Assembly (NCBI GenBank): GCA_016188865.1
Contig: JACPGX010000002.1
Coordinates: forward strand, 130,398-194,397
Direction: 5' to 3'
DNA: 64,000 nucleotides
DNA from: Candidatus Nealsonbacteria bacterium
GTDB lineage: Bacteria; Patescibacteriota; Minisyncoccia; Minisyncoccales; MHMH01
Made by a program: the position numbers and the translations under genes. Below the pieces are notes generated by a model that saw only the letters and a list, made by a program, of their open reading frames with translations, was not told the DNA's origin and searched no databases. Below, one piece after another: positions 58,666 through 64,000 of this stretch (positions are counted from its first letter, which is position 1; each line of letters begins with the position of its first letter).

Positions 58666-59107
58666 GGGAATTTCAATAATTGAAATTTTGGTGGTCATAG
58701 CTATTTTAGCTGTAACCTTAACCACCCTTTTGGGGTTGATAAATTTTTCTTTAAGGATTAATGATTTATCAAGACAGACAACTCAAGCTAATGGCTTAGC
58801 CCAAGAAGCAATGGAAGCCGTAAGAAGCATTAGAGATAATGCCGGTTGGCAGCAAATTGCCAACGGGAATCATGGCTTAATAAATACTGCAGGGAAATGG
58901 AGTTTTTCCGGGACAGAAAATATTACCGGCGGATTTACCAGGATGATATCCATCCAAGACGCTTATAGGGATGCCGGCGATAATATTGTTGCATCCGGGG
59001 GGACGGCTGACTTAGATACAAAGAAAATAACGGCTTCTGTTTCGTGGAGCGAACGAAGCCAAAATCATAATATAGAAATAATAACCCATCTAACTAATTG
59101 GAAATAA
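58640..59107 (+). CDS. Minor pilin-like protein
   Basis: N-terminus NKG/ISIIEILVVIAILAV. Confidence 0.7.
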   Translation: MLQTFNGNKGISIIEILVVIAILAVTLTTLLGLINFSLRINDLSRQTTQANGLAQEAMEAVRSIRDNAGWQQIANGNHGLINTAGKWSFSGTENITGGFTRMISIQDAYRDAGDNIVASGGTADLDTKKITASVSWSERSQNHNIEIITHLTNWK

Positions 59108-59595
59108 TGAAAAGAGGTTTTACCTTAATGGAGATTTTGATATATGTATCAGTCTTAGCCATAATATTTTTGGCAGTTTATAGTTTTTTAGACTGGGCGG
59201 TAAAATTATCCGCTAAAGCAGGAGCGATCAGAGAGGTTACAGATAACGCTAGGCGCGCCATGGAAATAATGACTCACGAAATCAGATCGGCTAAGTCAGT
59301 TTACGAGCCGACTTCCGGCGCTAGCCAATTGTCTTTGGAAACAGGCAATTATTTGCCTAACGGAGAAACCTCCAGTTATATTGATTTTTATCTTTGCGGC
59401 CAAGCCTCTTCAACAATTTGTTTTAAAAAAGAATCTCAAAATCCCATTGCCATAACTTCAGACAAGGTCAATGTGACCGGCTTTAAATTTATTCAGCTTT
59501 CCACTACTACGCCTTCCATCCAAATTTCTTTGAGTTTGGATTATAAGCAAGCTTCCATTAATTCAACCTCCAGTGCTTCTTTAAGGCCATACTAA
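59107..59595 (+). CDS. Minor pilin-like protein
   Basis: MKRG/FTLMEILIYVSVLAIIFLAV. Confidence 0.7.
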   Translation: MKRGFTLMEILIYVSVLAIIFLAVYSFLDWAVKLSAKAGAIREVTDNARRAMEIMTHEIRSAKSVYEPTSGASQLSLETGNYLPNGETSSYIDFYLCGQASSTICFKKESQNPIAITSDKVNVTGFKFIQLSTTTPSIQISLSLDYKQASINSTSSASLRPY

Positions 59596-59596
59596 T

Positions 59597-60922
59597 ATGA
59601 TTAAAAATCAAAAAGGTTTTGCAACGTTTTTTGTGACAATTTTAATTTTCACCGTGGTTTTTAGCATAAGCGCGAGCATTTTCATTCTGACGTATGGAGA
59701 ACAAAAAATTATTAAAAATATCGTTAAATCCAGCCAATCTTATTATGCGGCTGAAACCGGCCTTGAGGATGCAATTTTGCGTCTGAAAAAATCAATGAAT
59801 TTGCCTTCGAGTTATTCAATTGCTTTCAACGGCGTCCAGGCGCAGGTTTCTTTGCAATCTCCTAACGTTAATACGAGAATAATCACATCTGACGCAGTTG
59901 ATGCGGGCATATCTAGAAAACTAGAAATGCGAGTGGCGGTTGAAACGATTAAGCCTCAATTTTTTTACGGAGCTCAAGTCGGAACATTGGGTATTGAAAT
60001 GGAAAATAATTCCCGCATTGAGGGGGCGGGAGGAACAGTAGGCAACATTTATTCCAACGGCCCGATTGAGGGCGATGGGGGAGCCACTATTACGGGCGAT
60101 GTTTTTATCGCTGCGGGCGCATTAGATGACGTTGTAGTTTTAGGTTCAGTTCATGCCAATACAATTGATGACAGCAAAATTTGCGGTAATGCTTATTACC
60201 AAACCATCGACAGTTCCTCGCTTGATTTTTTAAATAATCCGCGCAATCCTACTTGCCCGGATCCTTTGAGTCCGGGAAATGCTTATCCTGACAGTTCTGA
60301 TCCTCCGTTGCAAAATATGCCGATTTCCGACTCTGATATTGCTAAATGGAAGCAGGACGCTGCCGCCGGGGGGATTTATTCGGGCGATCTGACGGTAAAT
60401 TCTAATATGTCTTACGGACCCAAGCAAATCAACGGGAATTTAATTATGACCAGCAACAATAAAATTTTGACGGTTACCGGCACTCTCTACATTACCGGTT
60501 ACCTTGACATCGATAACGGTTCGACAATCCGCTGCGATGCTGCCTATGGATTAAACAGCTGCATTGTAATGGTTGATAAGTGGGTTCACACAAAGAATAA
60601 CGGTATTTTTCAAGGTTCTGGAAGCGCAGGAAGCTATATCATGATTTTATCTAATTCTAATTGCCTGGGCTCTTCCGGACCAGATTGCACTCATCATGAT
60701 TCAGCCATAGATCTTCATAATAATGCTTCGGGCGCCATATTTTATGCCAACAATGGTTTGATTTACCTGCATAATGGCGTAGAGGTTTCTGAACTTACGG
60801 CAAAAAAAATTCAATTAAATCAAGGGGCCATTGTCCGATATGAACAAGGGTTAGTTAATGCAGAATTTTCAGCAGGGCCTGGCGGCGCTTGGGATGTAAC
60901 TGGCTGGAAAGAGATTGAATAA
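59597..60922 (+). CDS. PilX-like large minor pilin with a beta-helix-like repeat region
   Basis: N-terminal hydrophobic segment QKGFATFFVTILIF, followed by G-rich repeats. Confidence 0.6.
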   Translation: MIKNQKGFATFFVTILIFTVVFSISASIFILTYGEQKIIKNIVKSSQSYYAAETGLEDAILRLKKSMNLPSSYSIAFNGVQAQVSLQSPNVNTRIITSDAVDAGISRKLEMRVAVETIKPQFFYGAQVGTLGIEMENNSRIEGAGGTVGNIYSNGPIEGDGGATITGDVFIAAGALDDVVVLGSVHANTIDDSKICGNAYYQTIDSSSLDFLNNPRNPTCPDPLSPGNAYPDSSDPPLQNMPISDSDIAKWKQDAAAGGIYSGDLTVNSNMSYGPKQINGNLIMTSNNKILTVTGTLYITGYLDIDNGSTIRCDAAYGLNSCIVMVDKWVHTKNNGIFQGSGSAGSYIMILSNSNCLGSSGPDCTHHDSAIDLHNNASGAIFYANNGLIYLHNGVEVSELTAKKIQLNQGAIVRYEQGLVNAEFSAGPGGAWDVTGWKEIE

Positions 60923-60941
60923 ATTATGCTATAATTAATAT

Positions 60942-61922
60942 ATGCTGGATTTTTTAACTTTAAAACCAGAAGTTTTTGGACTAGATATCTCCGATTTGTC
61001 TTTGAGGATAATCAAGCTTAAAAGGAGGGGCGATTTTTTAAATTTAGCTTCTTTTGATGAAGCAGAAATTCAGCCCGGAATAATTGAGTCGGGAGAAATT
61101 AAAAATGAATCAGTTTTAGTGGAAATTATCAAAAAAGCCATTGCTGGCGTTAAGGGAGAAAAGCTTAAAACAAAATATATAACTGCTTCCCTGCCCGAAG
61201 AAAAAACTTTCATGCAGGTGATTCAACTTCCTAAAATGGAAGAAGGCGAAGCCCAAAAATCAGTTTATTTTGAAGCGGAAAATTATATTCCCATGCCGGT
61301 AGAAAAAGCCTATGTTGACAGTCAGATAGTTTATCCCCTTAAAAATCATCTTAATCACCTAGATGTTTTGCTTGCCGCTGTTCCGAAGGAAACGGTCGAT
61401 TCATATTTGTCGGTTTTAAAAAAATCGGGGTTGAGCCCCCTTGTTTTGGAAAGCGAATCTCAAGCAGTTGCCAGAGCGTTAATTAAAGACGGGAAAAGTT
61501 CGGAGCCCGTACTTTTGCTAGATTTGGGCAGCAGCGCTACCACCTTTATTATTTTTTCCGGATATTCTATAAGATTTACCACATCATTATTAATTACCCC
61601 AAGGAAAGACAATCTGGGTAATTTAGCGGAGCAGATTAAAAAGTACCTTGATTATTACCAGACTCATTCTGCCCACGAGCATCTTGCTTCCTCGTTAGAC
61701 GGTAGGGGGGTGGCAAGAATTATTCTTTGCGGCAGCGGAGCTAATCTTAAGGGACTTGATGATTTTTTGGCGCAAAAACTTAACCTTCCAGTAGCCTTGG
61801 GCAACCCTTGGGTGAATATATTGCCCCATCCCCTAAAAGAGGTCCCGGAGCTTTCTTATGGGGACTCCCTAAAATATACAGCCGCTTTGGGCCTTGCTCT
61901 TCGCGGCATGAATTATGATTAA
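60942..61922 (+). CDS. pilM: Type IV pilus assembly protein PilM (actin-like ATPase fold)
   Basis: 326 aa with GLDISDLSLRIIKL at the N-terminus and DLGSSATTFIIF. Located upstream of pilN and pilO. Confidence 0.8.
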   Translation: MLDFLTLKPEVFGLDISDLSLRIIKLKRRGDFLNLASFDEAEIQPGIIESGEIKNESVLVEIIKKAIAGVKGEKLKTKYITASLPEEKTFMQVIQLPKMEEGEAQKSVYFEAENYIPMPVEKAYVDSQIVYPLKNHLNHLDVLLAAVPKETVDSYLSVLKKSGLSPLVLESESQAVARALIKDGKSSEPVLLLDLGSSATTFIIFSGYSIRFTTSLLITPRKDNLGNLAEQIKKYLDYYQTHSAHEHLASSLDGRGVARIILCGSGANLKGLDDFLAQKLNLPVALGNPWVNILPHPLKEVPELSYGDSLKYTAALGLALRGMNYD

Positions 61923-62439
61923 TTTATTGCCACCGCAGCAAAAAAAGGAACTCCTTGAACTAGAAGTCCGCAAATTATTTTTAATTTCAGGAGTTTTGAT
62001 TATTCTATTTTTGATTGTTTTTTCTTTGGCGCTTTTTTCAGCCAAAATATATATTCTCGGCAAAGTGGTGCCCGAAGATTTTTTAATCTCTCCGCAGTTT
62101 CAAGATCAAGAAAAAGAAATTATGGAAATAAATTTGCGTCTTCAAAAATTAAACTCTTTTTATTCAGAACAGCTAAATTTTGCAGAACTTTTGAAAATAA
62201 TTTCTGAAATTCTTCCCAATGGTATTTATTTAAACGATCTTTCTTTTGCTGAAAATTTTCAGAAAAATGGCAATTTTTTGGTATCTCTGCAGGGATTTTC
62301 TCCTACCAGAGAAATTTTATTCCAATTGAAGAAAAATTCAGAATCCAATAAGAATTTTAAAAAAGTTGATTTTCCACCGGCTAGCTGGGTAAAACCCGAA
62401 AACATTGAATTTAATGTTAACTTCGAGATTGGATTATGA
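61915..62439 (+). CDS. pilN: PilN-like protein
   Basis: MINLLPPQQKKE start followed by a TM helix. Its stop is an ATGA overlap with the next gene. Confidence 0.75.
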   Translation: MINLLPPQQKKELLELEVRKLFLISGVLIILFLIVFSLALFSAKIYILGKVVPEDFLISPQFQDQEKEIMEINLRLQKLNSFYSEQLNFAELLKIISEILPNGIYLNDLSFAENFQKNGNFLVSLQGFSPTREILFQLKKNSESNKNFKKVDFPPASWVKPENIEFNVNFEIGL

Positions 62440-62966
62440 TATCAATGAAGCAAAAAATAAACATAACATTGCTAACCCTCGCTTTATTGATTTTGTTTTT
62501 AATTATTTTTGGCGTTAGCCCCATTTTCAGTCAAATAAAAAAAGAATCAGAAAATTTCATTACCCAAAGAAATAAGCTTGCTGAATTAGAATTAAAGATC
62601 CAAAATTTCAAAAACTTCGAAGATAATTTCAAACAATATCAGCCAAATTTTCAAAAAATAGACGGGCTTTTTATTAGTTATTCAGAGCCGATTAAATTCA
62701 TTGAATTTTTAGAGAAAGAAGCGGCTAACTCCAAACTTTCCATCGAAATTACCCCGCCTATTTTATCAAAAACTAAAAATGAGCTGGGGATAGTTGTGGA
62801 CTTCCACTTAATTTTGAAGGGGGAGTTTGCGGATTTTTCAGAATTTCTTGAGAAATTAGAGGCAGCTCCTTACCTGGTTCGGGTTAGCAATTTGGATATT
62901 CGCAAGAATGCCAAGCCAGAAGTCGGCATCACCGCTAATTTATCAATAATAGCTTTAGCAAAATGA
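62436..62966 (+). CDS. pilO: PilO-like protein
   Basis: TM helix plus coiled coil plus a C-terminal domain, at the pilO position. Confidence 0.65.
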   Translation: MISMKQKINITLLTLALLILFLIIFGVSPIFSQIKKESENFITQRNKLAELELKIQNFKNFEDNFKQYQPNFQKIDGLFISYSEPIKFIEFLEKEAANSKLSIEITPPILSKTKNELGIVVDFHLILKGEFADFSEFLEKLEAAPYLVRVSNLDIRKNAKPEVGITANLSIIALAK

Positions 62967-63262
62967 TTTTCCTCAATTTTAAATTGAATAGGGCAAAAGA
63001 TGGCTTTTTTAAGCTTTTGAGGCGGGCAGCGGAAAATTTTTTCTTAACCTTTTTGATTTTAGTTTTTTTCGCCCTGATCGTCGGATTAGTAATTTTTTAT
63101 AAATACAGTATTTTACCGTCAAAAATGGAACCCGAACTAGGCGAAGAAGTGATAAAATTCGATAATGATTCTTATCAAAAAATACTCCAAGAGTGGCAGA
63201 ATAGAGAAGGGAGATTTAATGCCGCTAAAACTAAATTATACTCCGATCCATTTAGGCCTTGA
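62963..63262 (+). CDS. Small single-TM protein at the end of the pilus operon
   Basis: 99 aa, overlapping the pilO stop (ATGA). Confidence 0.5.
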   Translation: MIFLNFKLNRAKDGFFKLLRRAAENFFLTFLILVFFALIVGLVIFYKYSILPSKMEPELGEEVIKFDNDSYQKILQEWQNREGRFNAAKTKLYSDPFRP

Positions 63263-63304
63263 TTCGGGCTTAATTTTGAACTATAATAAGGCATGTTATC
63301 CTCT

Positions 63305-63378
63305 GCCCTCGTAGCTTAATTGGATAAAGCAGGTCCCCTCTAAGGACAAGAGTGCAGGTTCGATTCCTGCCGAGGGCA
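63305..63378 (+). tRNA. tRNA-Arg (anticodon TCT), atypical anticodon arm; followed by an encoded CCA (63379-63381)
   Basis: GCCCTCG TA GCTT AATTGGATA AAGC A GGTCC CCTCTAA GGACA AGAGT GCAGG TTCGATT CCTGC CGAGGGC A CCA. Position 33 reads C and 27:43 is a G/A mismatch. Confidence 0.75.
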
Positions 63379-63543
63379 CCACGTAGGAAAAGTCAATGAG
63401 TTTTGGTTCGCCTCGCCTCGCTCGTCGACTAATTGGTATTCAATTTTAGGGGCAAAAACGAATTAGCGATTCCGCATTTTGGGGAAGAAAATTTTTTAAT
63501 CATAGGTCGATAATTAACAAAATTAAATCAATAAATTCAAAAT

Positions 63544-63909
63544 ATGACTTTCTTTGAACGAATTTTCGTTCTACATGCGCATCCCACAAAACTGATTTTG
63601 GAGATGCTCGGCGTGCTCTGGGTGGTATATTTCCTTTGGCATCAAAACTGGGTATGGGCATTAGTATCCGGTATTGGATTGCCGATTTTCAGCACTGTCC
63701 TTGTCTGGGGCAAAGACGAAGAGCGGTTTGCCCAAACGACTTTGGGGAAATTCATGCTCACGCACGTTCATCCTCTGAATGCGCTTCTCCACATTATAGG
63801 CGCAATTCCTTTGGTGTATGGTTTATGGATTCACTCCGCGCTTTATATTTTTCTAGGAATTTCGGGGTTTGTAGTTGGGCATTTGTGGGGCTGGGAAAGG
63901 TTGCGATAA
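63544..63909 (+). CDS. Hypothetical integral membrane protein
   Basis: 121 aa with four hydrophobic helices. Confidence 0.5.
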   Translation: MTFFERIFVLHAHPTKLILEMLGVLWVVYFLWHQNWVWALVSGIGLPIFSTVLVWGKDEERFAQTTLGKFMLTHVHPLNALLHIIGAIPLVYGLWIHSALYIFLGISGFVVGHLWGWERLR

Positions 63910-64000
63910 AGGATATATTTCCTTTGAGTTTCCGAAATAGGAATTTGCCGCCAAAGAAAAATTGGAAATTGTTATCGGTGCGGCTTCGCCGCATTTTCCG

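Noticed and set aside
1-64000. Alternative genetic code (UGA recoding, as in some CPR lineages)
   Set aside because: TGA serves as the stop in ATGA overlaps (14416-14419, 12487-12490, 62436-62439, 62963-62966, 23188-23191). All conserved proteins are full length under code 11.

Overview
This is a 64-kb chromosomal window from a moderately AT-rich, small-gene bacterium. Standard code 11 applies, because TGA is used as a stop in ATGA-type gene overlaps. The gene content looks like Candidate Phyla Radiation / Patescibacteria; this is an inference, not a database result. That content includes an origin cluster (dnaN-dnaA, rpmH-rnpA-yidC-jag). It also includes a Gram-positive-style T4SS-like locus (VirB4, PrgI/VirB3-like, VirB6-like, LVPCG-type pilins) and a secretin-less type IV pilus locus (pilB, pilC, pilins, pilMNO) preceded by a histidine kinase / receiver pair. 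Housekeeping genes present are ponA-like PBP, rsmA, pnp, rpsO, cca, ftsH, nusA, hppA, clpP and rny. Accessory genes are two Fic proteins, hicAB, an IS200-like/RAYT Y1 transposase, and a decayed nest of two IS elements. I support about 70 CDS, including rpmH and a 59-aa ORF that the ORF track misses, and 8 tRNA genes. I also support several near-consensus sigma70 promoters, hairpin terminators and several palindromic repeat families. Five observations are the most unusual. (1) A tRNA-Pro gene is interrupted in its anticodon loop by a 117-nt insert that contains a second, complete tRNA-Pro(UGG). (2) A 34-bp palindromic core is inserted in-frame three times into rsmA and cca, always translating to TPGVxxETPGV. 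(3) A Y1 transposase gene carries three identical 29-bp hairpins: before the start codon, inside the CDS and after the stop codon. (4) A double-hairpin element has a conserved centre and covarying arms, and one copy sits in the gap of a VirB4 that appears split into two ORFs. (5) An 801-aa Cys-rich repeat protein has a C-terminus that is a VirB2-like pilin module. No rRNA and no CRISPR array is visible.
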